IMG/VR virus record: IMGVR_UViG_3300035702_000343
Span: 1-53,915 of that record
Reading direction: 5' to 3' (one strand)
DNA length: 53,915 bases
From: a virus
Lineage: Duplodnaviria > Caudoviricetes
This document shows, piece by piece, positions 1-13,142 of the stretch. The position numbers were made by a program, and so were the translations under genes. Positions within the stretch are counted from its first letter, which is position 1; each line of letters opens with the position of its first letter. The notes under the pieces are model-generated. The model did no database searches and was not told the origin of the DNA. It worked only from the letters and a program-made list of their open reading frames with translations.

Positions 1-877
1 GAGTTACTCCAACCCCCTCTAAAACCTCTCATTTTGGGCTTTGCGAGATGTTTTGTTTTAGTCCTGTTAAAACTATTTCTGACGGTTCAGAAATGTCGTC
101 GTCTTGATCGCTTTTAAATATCTGGCCTCTAGAAGAAATAGTTAATACCCTGGCGTCATCCCCAGGATCTCCCTTCTCCCCTTGTTTACTCTTACTGTAA
201 CTCAGGGTTTTGTTAAAAGTTGTACTAGTACCATTATAATAAGCTGTGATAGTAACAGTAACAGATGCTGTGTCTCCACTCATTGCAGTGAATGTATCAA
301 GCTCTCCGGTACTATGATTTATGTTGCAGCTTATCCCTGTTTGTGTTTTATTTGTTATGCGGTAAGTACCATCTGTGCCGCTTCCAGCAGAGTCATAAGT
401 AAATTGTTGAGTACCTCTATAAAGTAAGAACCCTGTATTAGCTCCCGAGTAATCTCCAGACTGTATAGTCCCTGATGAGTTTGCTGGAAAGGTGTGATTT
501 TCGTTCTCAACCAATAAGGTCCAAGCATTCGTACCTTCTTTAACTCTTGCAATAGTCACTTCATCAAAAAGCTCTCCAGACTCATAATCAGAAGACGTGT
601 CTGCATCTATATAACCACGAATTCTAACAAGAGTGTTAGTATCCATATCAGATGCTGTAAGCTTAATTACATCTATTTCTGTAGAGTTTTGGGTTATGGG
701 GGTATTGGAAATGTCTCTAAGAGTTACTCCAACCCCCTCTAAAACCTCTCATTTTGGGCTTTGCGAGATGTTTTGTTTTAGTCCTGTTAAAACTATTTCT
801 GACGGTTCAGAAATGTCGTCGTCTTGATCGCTTTTAAATATCTGGCCGATAGAAGAAATAGTTAATACCCTGGCGTC
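1..877. repeat. Direct repeat: 1-157 matches 721-877 (2 mismatches), 720-nt period
   Basis: Direct sequence comparison; mismatches only at 128-129 vs 848-849; in-frame repeat within the tail fibre gene. Confidence 0.95.
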
Positions 878-1753
878 TACGCCTGAAGGTGCTTTATAAA
901 CAGTCTCGCCAACACCTACATTATAGGTAGTTCCGTCTTCAACGTAAGTAGCGTCTCATTGGGCTGTATAGAGATCAGAGGAGTTAAAGTATGAAGAGCT
1001 TGTAATAGTTACTACTCCCGTAGAAGCGTTTACTGATACGCCCGATGGAGCTGCAGGCGAGGAGGTAAAAGTAAAATCCGTGTCGTTTTCTACATCTATA
1101 ATGTTCCCGGCGATGGCGAAGTTTGGAGTAAGTGTGATACTGGACGGGTTATACTCGTCTAGTTCTTCATTATAGGTAACAACAAAAGAAGAGGCGTTTA
1201 CCCAAGCCGTAAATCCAAATCCGTCTGTAATATCGGCGATTGTTATATGGTCATACTCGTTTTGACCATCGTAAGCAAAAATAGTTATAGTAGAGGTAAA
1301 GAAGTCAGAGTCAATAGTCAGGTTATACCCGTCTGTCGAAACTACCCCGGTGTCAGTGTCCTCTATTAAATTGTAAACCCCGCCAGAGGATTTTGTATAA
1401 AATTTAATATCTCCAGTAGAGAGTATCTCCTGTATACCATTTTCTGCCAGACCTACAATTTCAAAAGAAAGCTCCCCTATGCTATTTCTTATGACTGTTC
1501 CGTCTATAGGTCGTATATAATATTGTTCCAGAACTTTATTGGCGGCAACTATTATGTCTTGCCAATCTTCTTCGGTATAGTTCCCCCCAAAAAAACGGAG
1601 TTGGTAATTCCCCGAGTTTAGATTCTCAAAATAAAATTCTCCAGACTCATCAGTTACATCTACATCTACCCGGATATTGCTATTGTTGTAAACAACAACT
1701 TCTATACCTTGATAGGGTCGATCTTTAGGGAGTCTTCCTCTATAAGATGGCAT
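1..1753 (-). CDS. Tail fibre / receptor-binding-type protein with internal ~240-aa repeat; runs off window start; TGA=Trp at 956, 749, 29
   Basis: ORFs 956..1753 and 29..646 are in frame and joined when TGA is read through; Ser/Thr-rich beta composition, short collagen-like GEKGDPGDD, position downstream of baseplate genes. Confidence 0.65.
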
Positions 1754-1767
1754 TTATTAACTTAACT

Positions 1768-4254
1768 TTATGATAGATTATTTACAACTTTAGGACGCCC
1801 AGTAACGATGATTTCTCCCTTTATACTACAATCATTATTAGGGTCTGAGGAATCCGGATCTCATGCATCAATGACAAGTTTTCTAGTTCCGTCCGAAAGT
1901 ATACTTATTGGCAAGTCTGTAGCCTGTATAATTGTTTCTTCTTGGAAAGAGGGAACTTCTAACATAACTGCACTACTCTCTACTCCTTTTTGGTATACCC
2001 TAATTATACCCGGGTCTACTTGTGTGGCCCCCGTTACTGCATGGGGTATAAACTCAAGCTTTGTCACAATATAGTCTGCATCTATAGCAGACTCAAATAT
2101 TTTCCTATCTTGTTTAGATACCCCTGTTCTTAAGATCGTGGTAGTCGTTAGGCCAGTTGTATCATCAATAGTAACTTTATGTGTCCCTGTATTAGTATAA
2201 TCTCATGCCCTTGATATATGATAATCAGAGCCTACAACTGGGTCTCCGCCTCCGTCTAGAGCCGTTACTGTTCTTCCTCTAAGGAAATCTTGTCCAACAT
2301 ACATCTGAGTACCTGTCTGATCTTTATAAATAATATCTGCGTTGGTTCCAGTTATAGTAGAGATTTCAATGTCTATTACTTCAATATCTACTTCGGTATT
2401 CGCCAAAACGTTATCTGTGGGATAAATTCCTCCTCCCCCAGAAGTGACTTCCTTTATAATAGGATCGCTAACCGGGTAACCGTTCTGTAAAGCTCTTACC
2501 GCTACGGAAAATTTAGTAGGTTTACCAGAAGAGATATGAAGTGTCCTAGTTTGAATGACTTGTCTCTCTATTTGATCTGTATCTAAATTATCGAAGCTAG
2601 TAGAATTCAAATCTACTTGTGATGAATAAAGTATTTCGAAAGAGTGGGCTGAGTTAGGGAGATCTCCCGCATCTCTCCACCCTGATATTTGTACACTAAA
2701 CCCCTGTGCGTCTGCCGATGCTGTAAAAGCTCCAAGGGTGGAAATAGGTGGTAAAGCATTTTCAAATAAGGAGTCGTAGTTAACGACAGCTTGCCCACCA
2801 GATGAGTGATCAGGATCATAAGATCCAGCCTGCATCGTTTTAATAGCACTAAGGCTTCCTAAATTAAGGGCTTGTATAGAAACGGTATAACTCTCATCTA
2901 GAGTTAATTTCATTGTAAAGCTCGGATTTAACCTAAAAGCTTTATTTAATCTTTGTACAAAGCTATAGCCCTCATTAGAGTCTACTTGTAATAAATACTC
3001 ATTTACGTTGTCATCTATTATCCTGGCAGATGTTGATGGTGTAGTATCATCCTCTGATGAAGGATCTCCCTCTACTGTAAGTTCTACTTTATCTGCTGTA
3101 CTCCCTGTCCCTACCGCTGTGATTTTATAGGAATTTGTAGTCTCGGTAAAATATAAATTTTTGCCAACTACATCACCAGAATTAAAAGTAAAGGTTTCAT
3201 TATCATAACTTAGCTCTGAAACTTCAACGGTTGTAGAGGTTATAGTGTCTACAGCTAGCGCGTCATAATTTCATTTAAATGACACTAAACTATTCTTTTC
3301 CTCATGATTTGGACTAGGGGTAATATCATATATTCTTAAATTTGATGGTGTTGTTAAAGACCCATCTCCCGTAACCGCCGGCTTTCCATCTATGTAAAAA
3401 ACAGATGCTGTAGTACCTTGTAAATTAGTACTCTGCTCATTCCCAGATGTAAATGTTAAGGTATCTAAATTTAGTGTGGCTGTCGTAATCTCTGAATCAG
3501 AAACTCCGCTAACCGGTAATAAGGTTCTAAAACCTACACCACCATTAAAATCTACTTTCCCTGAAACCCCGTTATTTCCTGAGTTATCTCTGTCTTTAAA
3601 GAAAAATGCACCTTCATCAAATATACTGGTCGACAATAATAACCTGGTATCCTTTCTCAAGTCAGCTACCCGATAATCCCCTGACGTAGTAGTGTCATAA
3701 GATGATAGTCCCGCTGCAGAGGCATCAAAAGTTCCGGTAGAGTCCCATACAGCAGCCACTATAATTTGATCTGTAGATAGCGAACTCTTAACTGCTGCTA
3801 GATCTGTTGTAATCTCTTGTAAACTTACTGATACAGAGTCTGAGAAAACGGTCTTTCTGTTCAGGGACTCCGACCCGAGCTTGTCAAATACAAAAGCATT
3901 TACAGCTTTAACTGGGTCACTCCCTGCCTCTGCATAAGTAAGCTTGACGGCGTACCCTTTATTTGCATTAGAGGTTACTAGGTTGTCTGTGGTCAAAGAA
4001 CTTGTAATGTTTATATAGTTGCCTGCCGTTGTTAAGGCCTTACCCGAAGCTACACTTACTGTAGCATTTGAAGATATGAGCGTAGTTTCAAACTCTGGAC
4101 CCACTAGACCATTTGATATAGCAACATTTAGCCCCATAGATCCAAAGATCTCAGAAACTCTCTTCTTTAGGTTTGAAAAAGCTTTTGTTTGTACGCTATC
4201 TACTAAGTTCTCGAAATTTATTTGTGACCCATTGGGTGCTTTTATTCTATCCAT
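1768..4254 (-). CDS. Baseplate/tail-associated structural protein, 828 aa (TGA=Trp at 3271, 2203, 1861)
   Basis: Three track ORFs are in one frame with no TAA/TAG between them; ends TAA at 1768; located in the tail module. Confidence 0.7.
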
Positions 4255-4293
4255 AATGCTTAAATATACTTATTTGGTTTACAGAAATCCAAT

Positions 4294-5691
4294 TTAGTTT
4301 GTTGTTTCTTTTAAAAGAATTCCTGCAGGGATTGCTATTTTTTTGAATGTTTCAATTATCTCTGTGTCGGGGGAAAAGTTTACTGCGTTATTTAGATTAA
4401 CAGTTAATCTAGGTTCTTCTTCACTAGTTACTAATCCATTTATCTTAGTTGAGTCGGTATAATAGTCATCTACCGTAATACCCTCACACAACAGATCAAA
4501 TCTTTTTACTGAATTACCGTTAGAAAACACGTGTGTATTGCCTGAGCCTATGTCATACTCATAAACACTCTCCCCACTTACTGTTAGAAATTCATTAGTA
4601 ACGTCAGTTACAGTACCATCTTCATAAGCGAACGGGTAGTCCTGTGCAAATCCGTACAGTTTTTTGATATTGGACAATGTGGGAGCCTTTCTTAAGTGGT
4701 AAGAATATCCTCATGTTCAAAATCTTAAATGTTCAGCATACTTTATTCTTTTATCTTTATAGCTTAGCCCCGAAAATCCTTTAAGGTGTGGCTGATATTT
4801 TAAGTTTTCTAATAAGGTTATGGGGTTACTCTTTCCAAATATTTTAAAATAAAACTGATTTAAAATAGGGGACAGGGTTATGATTGTTTTTGCAGAGTAA
4901 TCATTGTACTTAATATTTCTACCTAAATCAGTTTTTAGAGTAACTTGTGAGGCATCTAACTTTAAGTAGGAAAGATCTTGGACACTGTACTCAGTTCCCT
5001 CAGTTAGAGTAGTTTCTGAAGACTCTTCTACAAGTTCCGGTACCGACATATGGATATAATCTCCCGGAAGCTTATACAAGTAGTAAGTCTCTGCGGTAGG
5101 AGCTGACTTTGGGCCTTCACTGCCATTGCTAAAGGATAAAGAATCGTCACTAAAACTTGTTGAGGCAGTGTTACCTAGTAACTTATGATTTTTTATAGAC
5201 CTTCCGTACACATTGTAAGAGTCTGCACCTGTTACAGCGTCTCAGCTCACAGATATTGCAGAAGTATCCGGGGACTCGGCCTCAGTCACATAAACCTCTT
5301 CAGAAGCTATACTCTCCCCCTTAGAATTCAATGCACTGATTCTATAAGAATATACACCGGTACCTACGTCTCCTTTCGTAACCGATACATTTTCAGGGCT
5401 CTCTAAGAATACCTTAGTTACATTAGTGAGGTCCCGCCCATCTGTATTTAAGTCGTGAGTAATTATCTTAAATTTCTGGTACAGTAGTTCATGTGCCCCC
5501 TTCATGAACTTAAAATACTGGATAAGATCACTCTGATAAAGAGAATAATAGGCGCCCTCAGTAGTTTTACTTTGAGCTTCCCAATAATTCTCAAACTTTC
5601 TTTTAGCTAACTCAGGTAGCGATTCAAAAAAAGTCCCTAAGAGTTTTCAAACTATATCGGGGTTTGTATCCGTATTAGATAGATTAAACAC
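4294..5691 (-). CDS. Baseplate-associated protein with FN3-like segment, 465 aa (TGA=Trp at 5647, 5242, 4717, 4711)
   Basis: GTG start with AGGAG upstream; read-through gives the FN3-like VS[W]DAVTGADSYNVY; continuous frame to TAA at 4294. Confidence 0.7.
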
Positions 5692-8600
5692 GTGTTACTC
5701 CTATTAATGTTTCTGTATCTGCATAGAACCTGGAAACATCACCAGTGGGCAATGTGTAGGTGTCAGAGTCTAGCGTGTAAGTTGTGTTAGACCCGTCTGA
5801 CTTATATTGTTTTACTTTTATTGCGATGTTCGTAGATACATTAGTTGCTCCTGCTGTATACAGGGTATTAATTAAGTCACTTTTTTGCAGCTCTCCATCC
5901 TCAATAGAGTTGATGTAATTCACTAATCTCCGCTTAGCGATGGCTAGGTCTAAACTCCCTGAATACTCTAAAGAAGTTATACTAACTACAGCTGGTGGCA
6001 TTGCCTTCTCTTTTATAGATACTGCAGGATATCTATTTTCTGGGGAGTTTAAGTATGTGTTAATACCCGGCCCTGAATCTCATGCTCTATAAATGACTGT
6101 TATAGATGTACCATCTGCTTCATCTGAAAAAGCTACTTTATACTCGTTGTCAGGACCAAAGGTTTCTCCCGGTTTATTATTAAAGATACTATACTCCGCG
6201 GTTGGATAAGCTATTTGGGAATTAGTTTCCCTAACTTCTAATATATCCTGTATATAGCCATCAGTCACTAAAATCTCTCCATTACTTATAGTATAAGTTG
6301 CGGATTTTTCCAGCATGTCTGTCGGTGCATGGCAATAAACATCTATTGAATTCCCTAAATGATACTTACCTGCATTCGGATTAGATAGTTGTATGTAATA
6401 ACTTTGTAGAGTATGATCTGTGTTATCTGAAAAAGTTGTTCCAAAATTGGCTGCAGAGGCTGCAACATAGATATAGTTACTGGCATCCATATAAGTATTT
6501 AGGGCACTAAGGGTGTCACTTATCTTTAAATTTTCAGGCGACTCTGCTATTGTTTTAGTGTGTGTCCCTAATAGTTCCCATTGAGATGCGGTGTCATTTC
6601 AAATAACTGCCTGTGTCCTACTGTTACCTGTATCATTGTCTGACGCGTACTGTTCTGGATCATATCCTACACCGTAATAATCTACACCAAAAGATGCACT
6701 CGCACTACTTCATTTAGAAGTGTCTATCTTAAACTTGAACATGTGCATAGGAAATATCTCTGCAATAGTTTTTACGTAAGTTCTTTTTACAGTTCACTCA
6801 TAACCTTTTGTTTGTCCTACGGCTATCCCAAAGTTACCCCGGGTTGAATCTAAACTATCTACATTTGAATTACCTGTATTTAAAGTCTCTCCCGCAGCCG
6901 GTACATAGTTTGGGAACGTGGCACCTTTGTTTAATATAAGATCATAAGTTTCTTGGGTACCTGGTCGCATTCAGACCTTTGTACCTAAATTTTCTTTTAT
7001 TTCGATCTTGAAATCATAATCTGTGTCCTTCTCTATCCAATATTTGGCTCTTTGTAAGTATTGGTTTATACCATTAGTAGCGTCAAAAATATTATTTACG
7101 CCAATTATTACTTCCTCATCCAGCGCATTGTTATCCACTAAGTATGTGTTATATAACCAATAAGCTTTGTTTGCCTCATCAGATATATTCCCAACTAGAT
7201 TTTCTTCTACTGGATCGGTTCCATTAAAAAAGCTTTTAAATTTTTCAATGTCCGCTTCTTTTTGGGCCGTATCAGAGCCGTAATCATCGGCATCTAAACG
7301 TAGTAAAAATGAGGGCTGTTTTCTTCAAGCGAGCCCGTATCCATCATGAGCCATAAATATAGTGTTATTTCTTAACACTGTGATGTAGCACATTTCACCC
7401 ATCTCAGAAGAATCCGTTGTTTGTATAGTCGTTTCAACGGAAACGCCGGTATGTTTATTTATAGGTTTGTGTAGTATTGGAGCTAGATTAGCTATTTGCT
7501 CCTCGCCTAATATACTTCTGAGAGTAATTACTGCACCGTCTAAAGAAAACTCCTGGTCAACTATTTCTCTTGAGTTTGCATCCTCTAACGTTTTTAACAC
7601 ACTGCTTAACTCATCGAAGGTAACATTGATTTGTTGTTCAGAGTCCTGCCCTGTGGGAGTTCTCCCCAAAACAACCGAACTTCCAGATAATCTTATCTCG
7701 TCTGGCCAGATCAAGAGGTTATCAGTCCTGGATCCATCATTTTTTAAAAACCCATTAAATCTTTCTTGGTTCCAGTTCTCTATGGTAATAAGTTGATACT
7801 GATCTTTCTCAGCTTTTAAGGCATCATTAAGCTTTCTAAGGCCTTTATATTGCTCATTGTTAAATTCCGTTTCTCATGCATTTATAGATGGAAAAACAAT
7901 GTTAGGGTTTTCACCACTAACAACGCTTTGAGAGAAATTGTCTACAAAGGCCTGATGCCCCTTTGAATATACTTCTGTAGCTTGTCCGCTGACTACATAT
8001 TCAAAGTTCTCTACGGTATTAGGAGTTAAAGAGTTATAAGAAAGAAGATCTCTGACCATCAAGGCATCTCCTGACCCAATTACTTTTACAGTCTCTATCG
8101 CTGAATCTTGGGCTTTTACGTTGGATTCAATGACTGACTCGCTAGCTAAAGTAGAGGTTTTTACTGAATTTAAAATTCTAGTATAATATTGAGAATTTGT
8201 CTCTCGAGCTGTTCCCCCACTAATGCTTGAAGATACCTCTATTCGTTGAGGGCTTGGAGATACCCCGTTTTTAGATTTTAAAATTGTTTTAGAGCTTAAA
8301 GCACCATCGGCGGTTTTACGAACACTTCTTATACTTATCTCAGCAGTTGAGTAGTAACCGTCCACATCATAAGTTTGGCTCATCGCAAATTTAGTCCCGG
8401 TATACTTATTTATAGTCTCATATTCGTACCCGGTATCCTCGAAATAAAAAGTAGTATTAACAGGAAGATTTAAAGACACTGGTTCACTAAAATACAATTT
8501 TATTTTACCCGTATGGTAGTCACCCTCAGTTCTAGTCACCAGAAAGTTAGCACCTATTGCATCCAATTCCTCTTCTGTAAGCTTTGTGGGATCTTTTATA

Positions 8601-8761
8601 GTTAAATTATTAACAATCCGATTATGTTCAGATTGGTAATTTGAAAAAAGAGTTGAAACCGGACTTATAAAAAGATCTCTAAAATTAGAACCTTCTCCAA
8701 GGTCTATTTCTGGATCCAGCTCTGCTATTTGTTTAATTAATAAGTTTGTTAAGTCTACCAT
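5684..8761 (-). CDS. Baseplate wedge (baseplate J/gp6-like) protein, 1025 aa (7 TGA=Trp)
   Basis: N-terminal DLGEGSNFRDLFISP...ELDAIGANF and GGTARETNSQYYTRI resemble baseplate J; TGA at 7874, 7325, 6971, 6794, 6710, 6599, 6080 and no other in-frame stops. Confidence 0.75.
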
Positions 8762-8762
8762 T

Positions 8763-9188
8763 TTATGTTACCGAAAATTTGTTTGTTACACCGTCTTCTG
8801 TTATGACCTCTATCTGAACTATTCAAGCCCCGTAAGCTACGTCCAAGTCTACTTCAATTAAGTTTAGGGCCCTTAGTCTTTCTTGTTTCCTCAGAGATCT
8901 ATCTAGAATTTGTTTTTGTTTTATCTTTTCTTCTATGTTTTTTAGCAGTACAGGAAAAGCTTCTTTAACTTGTTGTTCTTGGCTAAAATCTATAGCTCTA
9001 AACAAGTTATAAAAATTTTCTCCGAATTCAGGGCTAAACTGGTTGCTGCCCTTTGCAGTTAAAATTCTTTTGACTATATCTTGTACTAATTTGTCCCTCC
9101 CAGAAAGCGTACCATTTTTTGGGCTTCAATTAAATGTAAACTCTTTTGTTGAAGAATCAAAGTCTATTAGTCTAACATCTTTTTTCAT
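8763..9188 (-). CDS. gp25/GPW-like baseplate wedge subunit, 141 aa (TGA=Trp at 9126, 8823)
   Basis: GRDKLVQDIVKRILTAKGSNQFSPEFG is gp25-like; TAATG overlap with the upstream gene; directly precedes the baseplate J-like gene. Confidence 0.75.
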
Positions 9189-11293
9189 TAACTAGGTCCT
9201 AAGTTTAGCATGGCTCCAATTATCTCTTTTTTGTTTTTAAGTCTGTTTATTGACTGCTCGCTTTTTCTTGTAAATTTCTTAGCCTTTTCAGGATCTAAAC
9301 CTATTACTTCGGCAAGCCTTACAGAGTCCTCAGAAACCTCCTGAGACTCTTTTGATTTACAAGCTAAAAATTCTGTAATATCATCAGAAAGAGCTAATCC
9401 GGCTTGTATCCCATTTAACAGTTTGCTGAGATCTCCTCTTAAAAGCTGATCCGCTAAATCACCTGAAAGTGGAGAGAATCCTAAAGAGTTTATAAATGCT
9501 TCCCAAGCAGGTTTTATAACTGAATTAAAAAGAGGGTTGGTATCAACGCTTCTTATAAAAGCTTCACACTTTAATCTCTCTTGCTCGTCTCGATCTCTCT
9601 GCGTCTTTAATAAAAGTCTTATACTTTGTAAAGCTGCGATGGTTCTTCTTCTTACGTCAGGACTAACAACTAAAAATGGGGTTGCTCCTAAAACTTGTAA
9701 TTTACTTTCTGAAATTTCTGCGATCAAATCACTTTCACGGGGAACCTCTTCAAATTCTCCTGGGCTAGTTTCTTTAACCGTTCTATTTAATATATAAGTT
9801 CTTAGCTCCTCATACAAGTCTAAAGACCTGTCAAATTTATTTCCTATCTGCTCTGCTGTGGCAGTTGTACCACTACCAAACAGAATTGGACTTTCCCCTG
9901 AGGAATTTGCCAAGGTTTTAGCTATATTTAATTTAACTATCCATTCAATTTTACTCTCTCCTAAGTCTGCTTTTCCACTTACTCCAGAAAACTCCCCTCT
10001 CCTACTTAATACATCCTCCATACCACTGTCTACGTCTTTTAGTTTAGATACTGCTGGTCCTAAAAATGTCCTTAATATCCCAGTTTCATATCCGACTGTT
10101 TCTATCCATTGGTCCATTAGGAGTACGGAAGTTTCTTGTACTTTTACTATCCTACTTTCCGTAGCGTGGTTAATATCTTTTGAAGAGTACTTTGCGACAG
10201 TTTGTGCGTCCTCGAGTTCTAGATAATCAAAGACCGAATCTATAGAGCTTTTAATGTTGTCTGTAATACTGGCCATCTTTCCACCCTTTAACCTAGATAA
10301 GTTAGATTGTATTACTTTTGAGTCTTTTAAAATAACACTTTGTATAGGAAGGTGCCTACCTATACTATGTATGTATTTTTTAGTAAACCTGGAAGTTGAG
10401 TATTTTATAAAAAAGTCATTCACTCCGGGCGTGCCAATAAAGGCTAAAAGATATTCTTTTATTTTTCGCTTCCCTTCATCTGTTACCCCTCCCGTATCAT
10501 TGATATACTTGTCTTTTAATATACTTACAGAGTTCTTGAAGTATTCTACTATTCCTAATGGGTGCGGGATTTGAGCAGAATCGGTTACCTTGTTTGTTGG
10601 TATTAAAGGTAAACCGTATCGTCGATTGAGTCTATTTAGCTCCTTTTGGAAATCAGGACTTAAGAGCTGGTCACCTGCTAATTTTCTAAGCGCCTCATCT
10701 ATTTCGTAAACGGCGCTGTCTAGGGAGTTTTGGTTTATACTGCCTGATCCTGTTCGGTATCAAGCTGCATTCTCTATTTTTGAATATTCAGCACCTAACA
10801 ATCTTAATGCTGCTTTAACGTTTTGATGTGCACTTGTTACATCATTTAGAAGAACGTCCTGACTATTTGAATCTACCTCTTGTAGAGACTGCAACATGTC
10901 TAAAAGTTCCTCGATGTCAAATAATAGGTTATTTGCTAATTTTTCCCTTCTCTCCAAAACCTCTTTGAGTGCTTTAGCAGCTAAATACTTTAACATAATT
11001 TGAAACCCGGCAACCATATTTAAGGCCAAGCCTACGGAAGCAAGCAAACCACCTACAATATTACCTACAACAGCGGATAGCAAAAAGGAGGATAAGTTAG
11101 TTGCTAGGGCAGCAGTAAGCTGTCCCATTAAAGCAAATAGAGTAACTATAAAAGGCCCAAAGCTTTGATTAGCTAGATCTTTTATGGTATCTTCAATCTC
11201 TTCTTCAAATTCGTCTAGTATTTTCTTGACCGCTTCCGATAAGCTTTGTGGCTCGCAAGGGTCTGCGTTAAGAAGGTTTAATAAATTAGCCAT
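9188..11293 (-). CDS. Hypothetical virion/baseplate-region protein, 701 aa, hydrophobic N-terminal helices (TGA=Trp at 10760)
   Basis: Track ORFs 10760..11293 and 9188..10423 are in frame and joined via one TGA. Confidence 0.65.
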
Positions 11294-11296
11294 TTA

Positions 11297-12016
11297 TTAT
11301 AATAAGTCCTTTATCTCTTTGGATAGAGCTACCTTTCTTTTACGTAGTTCTGTCTCTGTTAGGTTTAACTTTTGTTTGATTTCTTTTGCTGTTATTTTGG
11401 GCGTTCCCCCCATTCCAAAGGTATATTCTAATATCTTTTTATCTACGGGACTTGCATCAAAGTATGCAAACTGCAGAGCTTCTTTTAGCTTCGGGTCTGT
11501 TGTGTCAGGCTGTATATAAAAAGAAAAGCCACCTTCATCAGGGTCAGTAGACGGTATTTCCATGTGAAGATCTTTTCTCTGTTCACTTTGTATCCTCTCT
11601 ACTTCTGCCTGGGAGATATGCATGGCGTCAGCCAATTCTTCTACAGTGGGTTCTCGACCTTTCTCTGTCTCTAAGTTAGCAAAAATTGTTTTATACTTTC
11701 CTAACATAATTACTCGAGGTTCGGGAATATACCCTACGTTTTGATTCTCAGCAGTGAAACGATACAGCTTTTGTAAGTAATTTGTAACGTGCGTATTTAT
11801 CTGTGTACCTTTGTTAGGATCATAAGTGTCTAAGGCTTTAGACGCTAACCGCTTACCCTCTAACTCTAGAGCTTCGTAAGGGAGACCGCTAGCCTTGTAC
11901 TTACCTACTTGTCCCCGTATAAGGGGTGTGAGAGATTTAATTAATTTTTTCTTAGCCCCTTTGTCCCCTTCTTGTAATTCTTTATATAGTTCAAACTCGT
12001 CTTCTTTTCTTCCCAT
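11297..12016 (-). CDS. Sigma-70-family (FliA/SigF-like) RNA polymerase sigma factor
   Basis: Region 2 (QEGDKGAKKKLI...ALDTYDPNKGTQINTHV), region 3 (GREPTVEELADAMHIS), region 4 HTH-like C-terminus. Confidence 0.8.
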   Translation of the reverse strand: MGRKEDEFELYKELQEGDKGAKKKLIKSLTPLIRGQVGKYKASGLPYEALELEGKRLASKALDTYDPNKGTQINTHVTNYLQKLYRFTAENQNVGYIPEPRVIMLGKYKTIFANLETEKGREPTVEELADAMHISQAEVERIQSEQRKDLHMEIPSTDPDEGGFSFYIQPDTTDPKLKEALQFAYFDASPVDKKILEYTFGMGGTPKITAKEIKQKLNLTETELRKRKVALSKEIKDLL

Positions 12017-12017
12017 C

Positions 12018-13142
12018 TTAAATAGTTATTTGTTGTTTAATGTTTTGCAGAGTATTCCTAATCTTTATGGCTAAAGATAGGAAATTTGCTACGGTATTAA
12101 AAGACTCATTTGTCTTAAACATGTTGTCAGCCGCCCCATTAGTCACCTCTTTAAGGGTAGACTCTGAAAACTTACTTAGGATAAAAGTAGTCTCCGTACT
12201 TTGGTTTTTCTCTCCAGATATAAAGTCAGCAAAATTATTTATTCTTTCACTCACATCTTGCTTAAACTCGTTTAGAGAAGATTCGTCGTCCCCATAAAAA
12301 TTTCTAATCAATGTGTTAAAATCTGTTATTCCAATACCACTGTAGTTGACTACCCTCTCAGCTATGTTGAATTTTAAAGTCGAGCCAGTGGTTATGAAGG
12401 ATGTAAAAATATCCAGATCCGTTATTAAATTCTCTTCAAAAGCATTTAAATAGGATTGTATATTTGACAGCCTTTCAGCATCTTCTTCTGAAAGTGTTAT
12501 ATTCTCTACACTGTAATTTTTTTCTAAATCATCAGAATCAAATAGGCCTGGTAAATTTTGTGTATGTCTAGCGATGACCCAAGACATTTCAAAAAACCCT
12601 AACTTATCATTGTTTGCGTTGTAGTTAACATTGAAGTTAAGGGGATACCCGTATACTAAATGATTGGCTATTTTCATTACCGCGATATTACCGGCCTTAA
12701 CAAGCTCTGTGGCTCTCATATGTCTGTTATATAGCTGGGTTATAGAGCTTTGCTGCATACCTCGTGAAGGGTTTTTAGACTTTGGCCAGTCTACTGCTTT
12801 CCCTGCGAATCTATATACTCGGGCTGTTTGTCCAAAAAACGATACATTAGTACTTCCCAGTGTTTCTTGTATCTGTGCTTTCTCTTGGAAAGACATGTTA
12901 AAGTTAGACAAGAAGAAAAAGTTTGTAATGTATTTTATTTCACTACTATCTCCTGCGTCTAATATCATTAGTGTTGCACCAGCAGGTATAGATGAGTGGT
13001 TAATATACTCCTCTAAATCTTCGGGTGCTGATTTTGACGAAGATATAGGAAATAATTCTGACCCAAATCCAGAAAACCCAGCGGCTGCGCTTAGGGGATC
13101 ATTTCAGTTAAATGCTGGTGAGGAGTCTTCAAATTGTGACAT
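12018..13142 (-). CDS. Tail tube-initiator/baseplate-type protein, 374 aa (TGA=Trp at 13104)
   Basis: Frame extends upstream to an ATG in a TAATG overlap; QEKAQIQETLG..FFGQTARVYRFAG segment; position after hub. Confidence 0.55.

Noticed and set aside
1-157. Terminal repeat indicating a complete circular genome
   Set aside because: The match is to 721-877, not to the window end; both ends cut genes, and no portal or primase gene was recognised
1-13142. Fragmented structural genes read as pseudogenes or a decayed prophage
   Set aside because: Every break is an in-frame TGA with no frameshifts or TAA/TAG, and many sit at Trp-type positions, so recoding explains them better
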